From a virus (lineage: Duplodnaviria; Heunggongvirae; Uroviricota; Caudoviricetes): DNA of 64,000 nt. The stretch lies in the IMG/VR virus record IMGVR_UViG_3300031413_000001, one strand, 5' to 3'. Positions 44,226 through 52,588 of this stretch are shown here, one piece after another. Under the pieces are notes generated by a model, which was not told the DNA's origin, did no database searches, and worked only from the letters and a program-made list of their open reading frames with translations. Every line of letters begins with the position of its first letter. Within the stretch, counting starts at the first letter, position 1. Both the position numbers and the translations under genes were made by a program.

Positions 44226-44957
44226 TTAGGCTGGGAGGTTGTCGACGAGTGCTGCATCAAAGGTTGCAACAGCATCTAGGGACGAGACGTCACCAATGGT
44301 GTCCGTAACGGCCTTGATCATTGCAGTTACCTGTGCCTTGCTGAACACGTCCATGTTGGACTGTGCCTGTGCAAGCTGTGGTGCAGTGAAGACCTGTGCT
44401 TCACCAACGCTGATGCGCTTGCCCAGCGACTCAGTGACAGTGGATGCAAAGTCCGCGTCATCGCCCAGTGCTGCCGAAAGTTCCTTCAGGGTGTTGAGGG
44501 CATCGGTTGCGCCATCGACAACCGAATCAACTGCAACCTTGATCTGCTGATCGGTCTTGGTTGCCGAGTAAACAGTGGTCAGCGATGGTGCAGTGTCGTT
44601 GATCAGCTCAGCGGCTGCGTTCTGTGCTGCGGTGATCGCTGCGCGAACTTCGTTGACTGCAAGGACGATGTTGCCGTTTGCAGCGGTGGTCAGTGCAGTT
44701 ACGTCACCGATCTTGCCGTTGAAGTCTGCCTCGATACCAGTGCGAGTGGTGTCAACCAAAAGTTCCAAGGTGTCGACTGCGGTGTCAACCTTGGTGTCCA
44801 GGGTGGTGATACGACCACCAAGCAAGGTGTCAGCGGCAGCAAAGTCGGTGCGGATTGCACCTTCTGCGGTAACCAACAGGCCCTTGATGAGCTTGTCTTC
44901 GGTCGCGGCCCTCTGAGCGAGCGCCTGGATCTGCTGTACGAGAATTGAAGTAGCCAT
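44226..44957 (-). CDS. Tail-fibre / coiled-coil structural protein
   Basis: VDGATDALNTLKELSAALGDDADFASTV phage fibre motif. Confidence 0.75.
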   Translation of the reverse strand: MATSILVQQIQALAQRAATEDKLIKGLLVTAEGAIRTDFAAADTLLGGRITTLDTKVDTAVDTLELLVDTTRTGIEADFNGKIGDVTALTTAANGNIVLAVNEVRAAITAAQNAAAELINDTAPSLTTVYSATKTDQQIKVAVDSVVDGATDALNTLKELSAALGDDADFASTVTESLGKRISVGEAQVFTAPQLAQAQSNMDVFSKAQVTAMIKAVTDTIGDVSSLDAVATFDAALVDNLPA

Positions 44958-44972
44958 TTCGATCGTCTCCTA

Positions 44973-45263
44973 TTAAAGGCCGGATTCAAAGATCCCAACG
45001 AGGTCTAGGTCGTTGGGAATGCCGTTCTTGGCAAACTCACCAAGAAGGTAGGTGTGTGTAGCCAGAATGTTATTGAACGTTGTTCCGCTCTGATTCTGGT
45101 ACTCATTGAACTCGCGAGGGGCAATGATATTGATGGTATCATTGATCAGGCGAATTGCAATCTTGTTGTTGACGACGACTGCCGTCAGTGTCTGGGGAGC
45201 AAAGACCTGCTTGAAGCCTTCGATGATGATCAAATCACGATCAATGTCATAATAGATCTTCAT
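44973..45263 (-). CDS. Hypothetical protein
   Basis: In the minus-strand structural operon. Confidence 0.6.
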   Translation of the reverse strand: MKIYYDIDRDLIIIEGFKQVFAPQTLTAVVVNNKIAIRLINDTINIIAPREFNEYQNQSGTTFNNILATHTYLLGEFAKNGIPNDLDLVGIFESGL

Positions 45264-45805
45264 AGTCTGCTCACCGGAATGATTAGAAGTCCCACGCCCC
45301 AGAGAGTTGCATCGTAGTCCGCAATGGCCTCGAAGGTTCCGCCACTGTTCTTGAAATCCTGCAAGCAGGAAACATGATAGTTGAACGTGAACATGCTCTC
45401 GTCACCGGGGTTGGTCACGAAACTTTCAGTGTTCTGCTGGACGACTCCTGGAGCCTTCAGTCGAACCGTGAGGGCATTGTCAAAGGTTCCTGAGACAGCC
45501 TTGAAGGTTAGACGAAGAAGGTAGGTGTCACCAACATTCTTGGGAAAGAACTTGCTGTCAACGACGAAGTCAAAGTTGGCAAGATCCTTGCTGACGTAGC
45601 TTTTGCCGTAGTCCAGAGTTCCATCATTCCTGATGGTCTGAGCTACTGCGCCACGAAGCGACTGAGGGTTGGAAGCTGTGTGGGTTCCGTCTCCATAGAA
45701 GACAAAGCCCGTGTAGCCGTTGTTGGTGCTGCTATTGGCGTCGCCATCATAGCCACCACCAGTACCACCGCCGCCAATGACGAGACTTTTTAGACTAAGG
45801 CTCAT
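45260..45805 (-). CDS. Putative structural protein
   Basis: In the minus-strand operon. Confidence 0.6.
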   Translation of the reverse strand: MSLSLKSLVIGGGGTGGGYDGDANSSTNNGYTGFVFYGDGTHTASNPQSLRGAVAQTIRNDGTLDYGKSYVSKDLANFDFVVDSKFFPKNVGDTYLLRLTFKAVSGTFDNALTVRLKAPGVVQQNTESFVTNPGDESMFTFNYHVSCLQDFKNSGGTFEAIADYDATLWGVGLLIIPVSRL

Positions 45806-46236
45806 TAGACGCGGACTCCTCCCTGGGCACCGGAGATCGCGACGAGGATTGGACCATCAAGGCCCAAGATCCTAACACGCCACCAAGCGGTGCTTGGTTC
45901 AAAGTAGCCAGCTGGGCTGATGCCGGTCGAGGGATCGCCACGACTTTCCGCATCATCAACTGGGGCGGGGTGTTCACCAAGTGGACCGTTGGGATCGGAA
46001 ACCGAACGCTCCACGATGTAGGTTACCTGGCTGGCTGCACCGGTGATCTGAACTGCGATCTTACCCGCGAGGGCGACCCATTCAGTTACTCCAGCGGTTT
46101 CAAACGTCTGAAGGCAATTGATAGTGCGGTTCACGTTGCGATTCTTGAATTCGAATGTTTGCATCATGGGGCCCTCCTTGTCCATATTTACCCCAAAGGC
46201 AAAAGAATGAACATAGTGTAGATTTGCTGTTGACAC
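45805..46236 (-). CDS. Hypothetical protein
   Basis: TAATG coupling; true start may be the internal ATG after TAAATA. Confidence 0.55.
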   Translation of the reverse strand: MSTANLHYVHSFAFGVNMDKEGPMMQTFEFKNRNVNRTINCLQTFETAGVTEWVALAGKIAVQITGAASQVTYIVERSVSDPNGPLGEHPAPVDDAESRGDPSTGISPAGYFEPSTAWWRVRILGLDGPILVAISGAQGGVRV

Positions 46237-46260
46237 ATTGATTGGTGTATTCTATAAAGA

Positions 46261-46306
46261 GGGCAAGTTAGGAGCCCAGGGCCGGAAGGCAGCAAGTTTC
46301 TAACCC
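46261..46306 (+). ncRNA. SRP (4.5S) RNA domain IV-like hairpin
   Basis: CAGG-GCC-GGAA-GGC-AGCA on a 9-bp stem; promoter ttgaca 46230 / tataaa. Confidence 0.7.
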
Positions 46307-46353
46307 AAGCGACCATGCCGGTTTCAGTCACACGGACGGGTGGTCGTTTACAT

Positions 46354-46429
46354 ATCGGGGTAGCTGAGTTGGTTAAGCGTCCGGCTGTGAAGGCTGGGAG
46401 TTACGGTGGTTCGAATCCATCCCCCGATG
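46354..46429 (+). tRNA. Atypical His-like tRNA (loop tgtgaag)
   Basis: atcgggg/ccccgat; D and T arms canonical. Confidence 0.6.
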
Positions 46430-46690
46430 CTCGGCGTGCGGTCGGAGTTGGTTAAATTGGGCGATGAGTCTCCCAATACGCCCGATGCGAGCCAAATGCT
46501 TGGGGAGGGCAATTGATTTTGTCCTCTCCATCCATGTCCCCTCGGTGACCTCTGACTTCTCGACTTTGGGTCATGTTGCTGCGGGTATGTTTGGGACACT
46601 TGGCCGCTGGCGTTTCCAAACAGAAGCGGGTGCCCACAAGGCATTCCGGCGCGGTTAGACGTTCGAGCGCAAATGTGGTGAAAGTCCCAA

Positions 46691-46719
46691 GAAGCCCAGG
46701 GGAGAAATCCCTGGGCTTC
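46691..46719. terminator. Terminator-like hairpin
   Basis: gaagcccagggg-agaaat-ccctgggcttc. Confidence 0.6.
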
Positions 46720-46763
46720 GCCATATGTGTTGACAAGCACTCTCATGTTGCTATCCAGAGCAG

Positions 46764-47078
46764 ATGATCGCAATCGTAGTCGCAACTGAACGTAAACGTA
46801 TCCCTGAGCTCTACGAGTTCCTGGATGCACACGGTCCTGACTGGCGCTTCTACAATGTCTATGACAACGAGGCCGCCGAGGCTGATAAAAATCAGCGTAT
46901 TCGAGCCATGAACCTTGCCTTTGTGGAACAAAGTCGGGAAGTGGAAACCGACGGCTATACCAGCGAGACAACCGTAGTCGTGAGTCCACAGTGTGGCATG
47001 GCGGTTCGGCTTTGCTGGAACGTTATAACCTTGATTGATCTGCGAAAGCTAGAAAGCAACGGAGACGGGCTAATTTAG
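46764..47078 (+). CDS. Hypothetical protein
   Basis: 104 aa ORF. Confidence 0.6.
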   Translation: MIAIVVATERKRIPELYEFLDAHGPDWRFYNVYDNEAAEADKNQRIRAMNLAFVEQSREVETDGYTSETTVVVSPQCGMAVRLCWNVITLIDLRKLESNGDGLI

Positions 47079-47169
47079 CCAGAGCCCTCGAGATTTCGCA
47101 ACAAAACGCTTGACTTTGGAATCCACTAGTCGCTTACGTGCGTGAGCTGTTGACAACTCGTGGAATTTC

Positions 47170-47526
47170 ATGAACGAAATGACTATGGCGCGCCCAGTAG
47201 CCCAAGATGGAATGAAAGATCGGATCGCGGACCACCTCAAGGTAGTTCCTGATCGAGACACGCGCCTTTTACTTGTGGAGATTCTCCACTACTTGGAGAA
47301 GCCCTACGATCTACAATGGATGCAGGATGAATACCGTCTGAGTCCAACGGAGTTTCGTGTCATGAGTCTTCTGGTGGAGGGCAACAGCCCAGTGGCAATC
47401 AGCGAGACCACTGGAACGGCAACCAGTACGATTCGTCGACAGATACACGACGTCTATAAGAAAACGCGAGTCAGCAATATGGCAGAGCTGATGGCTCTCT
47501 TGCTGGCAAGAGCACACAACACCTAA
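47170..47526 (+). CDS. LuxR-family helix-turn-helix regulator
   Basis: LSPTEFRVMSLLVEG..ISETTG..STIRRQIHDVYKKTRV. Confidence 0.8.
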   Translation: MNEMTMARPVAQDGMKDRIADHLKVVPDRDTRLLLVEILHYLEKPYDLQWMQDEYRLSPTEFRVMSLLVEGNSPVAISETTGTATSTIRRQIHDVYKKTRVSNMAELMALLLARAHNT

Positions 47527-47578
47527 ACGGTTGACGCTCTGGTCTCCAGTGTTATTGGGAGATCAGAGGAGACAACAT

Positions 47579-48013
47579 ATGAAGATCGCAATTCTACTGG
47601 CTGCCACCCTTTCCCTGTCGGCCTGCTATAGATCCCCTCCGGCTGCGGCCGTTGAGAATGATGGCGGGGTACAGACCCTGGAAGAAAGTCAGTCACAGGT
47701 TCCCATGGCGGAGACTTCGACCAGCAACACCATGTTGACCGAAGAGGAACTGGACGCATCCAGCAACTCGATGATGGTCGAAAAGGCCAAGGATGAGGCA
47801 GAAGAGGCCAAAGCCATAGCGGCCAAGGAAGTCTTCGAACTGGTAAGTGACAGCGAGAACGGCTTCAATGTGTGGCGGGACAAACAGACCGGCTGCGAGT
47901 TCATCGAGAAATCCGATAGTGCATATCGCGGCGGCATAGCGATCATCTTTATTCCTCGTCCCAGCGGCGGTGCTGGACAGCGCGGCTGCAAGACTGGCAC
48001 CGATTTCAAATAA
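47579..48013 (+). CDS. Putative lipoprotein
   Basis: Lipobox LSAC; DKQTGCEFI. Confidence 0.7.
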   Translation: MKIAILLAATLSLSACYRSPPAAAVENDGGVQTLEESQSQVPMAETSTSNTMLTEEELDASSNSMMVEKAKDEAEEAKAIAAKEVFELVSDSENGFNVWRDKQTGCEFIEKSDSAYRGGIAIIFIPRPSGGAGQRGCKTGTDFK

Positions 48014-48065
48014 GTGCTAGACTTCTGGATCCAATAGCGTTAAGGGTTCCTTAAAGGAGGACTAC

Positions 48066-48950
48066 ATGAGCGTCAAAATGGCTCTGGCAAAACTTTGTGC
48101 CTGCGCTTGCGGAGGTGCAATCATTGGAGGCGGTGCAGTTCACGTTGCTGAACGACCCGCATCCAAACAGCGCCTGATGACCAAGACGACCAAGGCGGTT
48201 CACCGTCCCAGTCGCCGTGTAGTCCACCGAAAGGTTGTTCGACGAGGAAAGCGGGTCATCACGACCACGCAGACTTGTGCCCCTGCGGTGGTCACTGTGG
48301 TAAACGGTGGCGCTGGGGTACCTGTACCGGTCCCACTGGCCTCGGGTATCGTAGGGGGCAGTGGGGGCAGCTCTGGGGGCCTGGGAGGCAGTGGGGGCTT
48401 CTTCGGAGGCTCGGGCGGCTTTGGTAGCAGCGGTGGTGGTTTTGGTGGAGGAGGCGGCTTCGGAGGAAGTGGTGGCTCCGGCGGAAGCATCGTGGTCTCC
48501 AGCACGAGCAGCGGCGGAAGCACTTCTACTGGCGGTGGCTCCACCAGCACAGGTGGCAGTTCAACTAGTACGGGTGGAAGTTCGACGAGTACCGGCGGCA
48601 GCTCAACCAGCACCGGTGGTGTCTCGAGCACGAGCAGCTCAAGTGGAAACGTGAGCAGCACCAGCAGCGGCAATGTCAGCAGCACCAGCAGTGGCAACGT
48701 TTCGTCCACCTCGTCGGGTTCCAGTAGTTCGTCGACCAGCAGCAGCACGAGCAGTTCCAGCAGCTCAAGTGGTTCGAGCAGCACCAGCAGTGGTGGCTGG
48801 AGTTCCAATGGTGGATCATCGGGCAATCATGGTTCCACTGGTAGCAGTGGTGGTCCTCCGGCTCCCGTTCCTGCTCCACCGATGGTGATTCTCTTTGGCG
48901 CAGCGGCCCTGGCACTTGTGGTCCGTAAGCGGATCACCAAGCCGGCCTAA
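48066..48950 (+). CDS. Gly/Ser-rich exported protein with a PEP-CTERM-like sorting signal
   Basis: Signal peptide; GGSST repeats; PVPAPPMVILFGAAALALVVRKR. Confidence 0.75.
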   Translation: MSVKMALAKLCACACGGAIIGGGAVHVAERPASKQRLMTKTTKAVHRPSRRVVHRKVVRRGKRVITTTQTCAPAVVTVVNGGAGVPVPVPLASGIVGGSGGSSGGLGGSGGFFGGSGGFGSSGGGFGGGGGFGGSGGSGGSIVVSSTSSGGSTSTGGGSTSTGGSSTSTGGSSTSTGGSSTSTGGVSSTSSSSGNVSSTSSGNVSSTSSGNVSSTSSGSSSSSTSSSTSSSSSSSGSSSTSSGGWSSNGGSSGNHGSTGSSGGPPAPVPAPPMVILFGAAALALVVRKRITKPA

Positions 48951-49035
48951 GTTATTCACAAAGTTATGCACAGGCAATATAGGGCGTCCTATTTTTGTTC
49001 TTGCACTGCTCGGTGGTCTTGCGTAGAAGAGTGTT

Positions 49036-49450
49036 ATCGGAAGCGCAGACGCAGAAGGTAACGCAGACGAAAGTTTGCCAGATCAGAAGCAGAAGCAAAT
49101 TCGATACCAAAGAACTTCGGTTCGATGGTTGACCAGTTGGTGGCCTAATCCCCCTAAAGGCACACGGTGCCAACTGGTCTAACCGAGTTTACCCAAGTGG
49201 TGCTGAACTCCCTGGCTTGTAGCTTCGGCTATCTGTCAAAGCAACAGCATTGCGGAAGGTGAAACCACACGGGTAGCAATACTTGTGTTGGTTGGGATGC
49301 AGGGCCTCAAAACTCTGCATCCCTAACAGATTGGCAGGTTGATCGTTAGGACAGGCTTCGGCTAATCCGTGGTTGCCCTGCTGATACTTTGCAGGAGCCC
49401 GAGGCTCGGCAGAGTTGGGGTCGGCGGCTTTAGGGCTTCCGGCCCCTTAA
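49036..49450 (+). ncRNA. Large structured ncRNA of unknown family (~400 nt)
   Basis: Promoter ttgcac 49001 / tagaag 49024; many stems with UUCG or GNRA loops. Confidence 0.65.
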
Positions 49451-49546
49451 TCATTTCCAGCAGAAGCAAAAACATATCGCAGGGCAGAACGTTAACCCGT
49501 ATTAAATAGAGAACATGACGCGCACCGCGTCCGAGGTATTCTCAAT

Positions 49547-51076
49547 ATGCAGGTTGCCCAGTTCAACAAGGGTCACGACATCTTCTTCGCCGCGATCGAG
49601 AAGACCCGTATGCCCATGGCACTTACGGATCCCAATCAGCCTGACAATCCAATCGTATTCGTCAACCGGGCGTTTGTTGAGCTCACGGGATACGAGGAAA
49701 CTGAAATCCTTGGCCGTAACTGTCGCTTTCTACAAGGCGAGGATTCTGATCCCGAGACAGTCACGCAGATCCGTGAAGCCATTGCGGCTCGCGAGGATCT
49801 GTCTGTTGAACTCCTGAACTATCGCAAAGATGGCAGCACCTTTTGGAATGCCCTTTACATCAGTCCAGTCTATGACGACAAGAACAACCTGCGATTCTTC
49901 TTTGCCAGCCAGCTGGATATCAGTCGTCGCCACTTGGCCGAGGAAGCACTTCAGCAAGCGCAGAAGATGGAAGCAGTCGGCCAGCTGACCGGTGGCATTG
50001 CCCATGACTTCAACAACATGCTGACCGTCATTCAGGGAAACTTAGAACTTGCGATGGCGAGAGCTAATGGGCAAGACGCCGTGATCAAGCCAATGGATCG
50101 TGCCATGAAGGGTGCCCTCCATGCGGCCAAGCTGACCGAGCAGCTATTGAGCTTTGCCCGAAAGCAGCGCCTGAACAGCACCACGGTCAACTTGAATGAC
50201 ATGGTCACTGGAACCGTTGACGTCATTGCTCGGACGCTTGGTAGCAATGTGGAGATTGGTCTCAACTTGGATCAGGATGTGGCCTTGGTGGAAGTGGACG
50301 TTGTCCAGCTGAACACGGCCATCTTGAACGTTTTGATTAATGCCCGTGACGCGATGCCTCATGGTGGCAAGATCTGCATCTCCACCCACAACGAAACTAT
50401 TGAAGATCCAGGTGAGTGGCTGGTCACGCCGGGAACCTACAGCGTGATCTCCCTAAAGGATGATGGCGTAGGAATTCCTCCCGAGCATATCAAACACGTC
50501 ACGGAGCCCTTTTACACCACCAAGGAAGTTGGCAAGGGAACCGGTATGGGTCTTGCAATGGTCTTTGGATTCCTAAAGCAAAGTGGTGGACACCTCGTCA
50601 TCAACAGCGATGGTGATGGAACTGACATCCGCTTTTACCTGGCTCAGAGCTCCAACGCTGAGATCCACAAGAGCAACGTAAAGGCTCACTTCAAAGAATC
50701 CCCTCGTCGTAGCGAGCGCCTATTGGTTGTTGAGGACAACCAGCAGATCATGGATATGATGCACGACACACTTACGGATCAGGGCTATGACGTCCGCTTT
50801 GCAACCAGTGCCGCAGAAGCCATTGGGATAATGGACGATGGTTTCAAGCCTGAGGTGCTCTGCACGGATATCGTGATGCCTGGTCTGCTGAACGGTGTAG
50901 ATCTCGCCCATGAGGTTAAGAAGCGTTTTCCCAAGGCAAAGGTTCTCCTCTGCACTGGCTGGGCCAATCGTCACCTTGACCGTGAACACGAGTTTTCAAT
51001 CTTGTCCAAGCCCTACAAGCCAAGCGATCTGGTGCAAAGGCTGACCAGCTTGATTGTCCGGGGCCACGAAGGCTAA
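49547..51076 (+). CDS. LOV-domain hybrid sensor histidine kinase (LOV-HisKA-HATPase-REC)
   Basis: GRNCRFLQG; GIAHDFNN H-box; GKGTGMGL; receiver domain LCTDIVMPG. Confidence 0.95.
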   Translation: MQVAQFNKGHDIFFAAIEKTRMPMALTDPNQPDNPIVFVNRAFVELTGYEETEILGRNCRFLQGEDSDPETVTQIREAIAAREDLSVELLNYRKDGSTFWNALYISPVYDDKNNLRFFFASQLDISRRHLAEEALQQAQKMEAVGQLTGGIAHDFNNMLTVIQGNLELAMARANGQDAVIKPMDRAMKGALHAAKLTEQLLSFARKQRLNSTTVNLNDMVTGTVDVIARTLGSNVEIGLNLDQDVALVEVDVVQLNTAILNVLINARDAMPHGGKICISTHNETIEDPGEWLVTPGTYSVISLKDDGVGIPPEHIKHVTEPFYTTKEVGKGTGMGLAMVFGFLKQSGGHLVINSDGDGTDIRFYLAQSSNAEIHKSNVKAHFKESPRRSERLLVVEDNQQIMDMMHDTLTDQGYDVRFATSAAEAIGIMDDGFKPEVLCTDIVMPGLLNGVDLAHEVKKRFPKAKVLLCTGWANRHLDREHEFSILSKPYKPSDLVQRLTSLIVRGHEG

Positions 51077-51117
51077 TTCAATATCGCAACCCACATTCTA
51101 CTCTGTTAGTTTGAACT

Positions 51118-51423
51118 ATGAGCGCAGATGTAGATGAACTCCTAGATATTCACCAGCAGATGATCACCATGATCCGCACCTATGGGGTGGACGTGGAGGA
51201 GATCTGCGATGCATGGGAAACCCGCCTATACGCATGGCATGATGCTTTCCTTGAGATCACAGCCGAGGTGCAAGTTCAGTACCAACAGACTGGTGATCCC
51301 AAGATGGAGCTCAGCAAAAGTCAGTTCGAGAACTTTCAGGACATCGCAGCCCTGAAGGAAGAGATTACTGAGTACGGAAACGCGATCTTTGACGCTATCA
51401 AGCGCGACCGAGAAGAGGGTTAA
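51118..51423 (+). CDS. Hypothetical protein
   Basis: 101 aa acidic ORF. Confidence 0.65.
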   Translation: MSADVDELLDIHQQMITMIRTYGVDVEEICDAWETRLYAWHDAFLEITAEVQVQYQQTGDPKMELSKSQFENFQDIAALKEEITEYGNAIFDAIKRDREEG

Positions 51424-51666
51424 ACAGAAAAAGTCACCGAGTGTGATTTTTGTTGTTGACGTTGTTCAAAAGGATCCGTATAAGAGTGAGACCAAAGCGG
51501 TGCAGCGCACGGCAGAGGACAGCAAAAGCGGTACGAACCGGACGCCATCTAGGTGGCAAATGGCAAGTTAAAGCGAGTAGGTGTCCAACGCCAAAAACTA
51601 CACCGTCTTGGTACTGATCGAAACAAAGTTGTTGACATCCCAATGCTTCGGCAGTAAGTTGTAAAC

Positions 51667-52550
51667 ATACAGAGTTAGAACAGATTGGCCGCTTGGGGCC
51701 ATTAACAGAGTAACGTTAGGGTAACTTAACGGAAAGAGAGCAAAACCCAATAGCTCTCGCGTAGAAATGCGTCTCACCAAGCAAGTCCAATCCTGCTGAT
51801 TAACAGTCAGCTCTTTGATCCCTCCCAAGGGGTGCAGAGATAGATAGGACACCAATAGAGCTGTTGTTCCAGGTTCGCCTGGTATGAATGCAGATGGCGA
51901 CGAGCGGTCTGCTAAGGGTTTCGCACCCCACATGGCTCATGCGATATTGGTTAGTATCAAGTGGTAATGGATAGTCAATTAGTCTGAGGGTCGCACCAAG
52001 GGCGTTTGGCAAATACAAGGGTTGTGGTATTGGTGTAAAAAGCCAATGACATAGTCCTGAAGATTGATCAAGTAGCCCCGCAAGGCGAAAGATACGTGGT
52101 GTGTAGTATTTTGTCGGCCGAAAGGTCTATGAAGCTACTGAGTCAGCACATCGCAATGGGTTTGGTGAAAGCCATTTAGCATTCTGGACATTGCTGTCAA
52201 AAATCGAAAGCCTGACTCGCTAGTGAAGCAAGTAGCGAAAGCTGCGTAAGATGCCTAATCCTCCAGGCTAAGGCTAATGGAGGCACTGAAAGGCCCGAAA
52301 GCCCGACGGTGTTGGTAGAAGAGTTCTTGGTGGGGCCGCAACCCCTTAGTTGCCCGCGAGGGTAGACGTGAACAGACGCTGCCGAATAGCTCGCTAGGTC
52401 ACCGCTAACGCCAGCGGTATATAAGATGGAAGCGGCATTGCTGACTACTAGGTGAATACTTCGGTTACCCTTAGTGGAATACGACAGAAAACGGATGTCA
52501 CAGTCCGGGATAATGGTCGAAGGTCAGTACAAGAGGTGTATTCTCAGCCT
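51667..52550 (+). ncRNA. GOLLD-like giant ncRNA
   Basis: ~880-nt gap with promoter ttgaca 51632 / taagtt 51655; recalled GOLLD-like motifs gtggtgtgtagtatt...gagtcagcacatc, gaatagctcg, tattctcagcc. Confidence 0.7.
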
Positions 52551-52588
52551 ACCAGGAGGCCCAGGACGGAAACGTTCTGGGCTTCGCC

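Noticed and set aside
48200-48826. Pro/Leu-rich minus-strand ORF
   Set aside because: Reverse complement of the Gly/Ser repeats
49036-49450. Retron msr-msd or group II intron
   Set aside because: No reverse transcriptase nearby, no flanking a1/a2 repeat and no domain V motif recognised
49460-49546. EcfG/SigT general-stress promoter for the LOV kinase
   Set aside because: No GGAAC-N16/17-CGTT with correct spacing found
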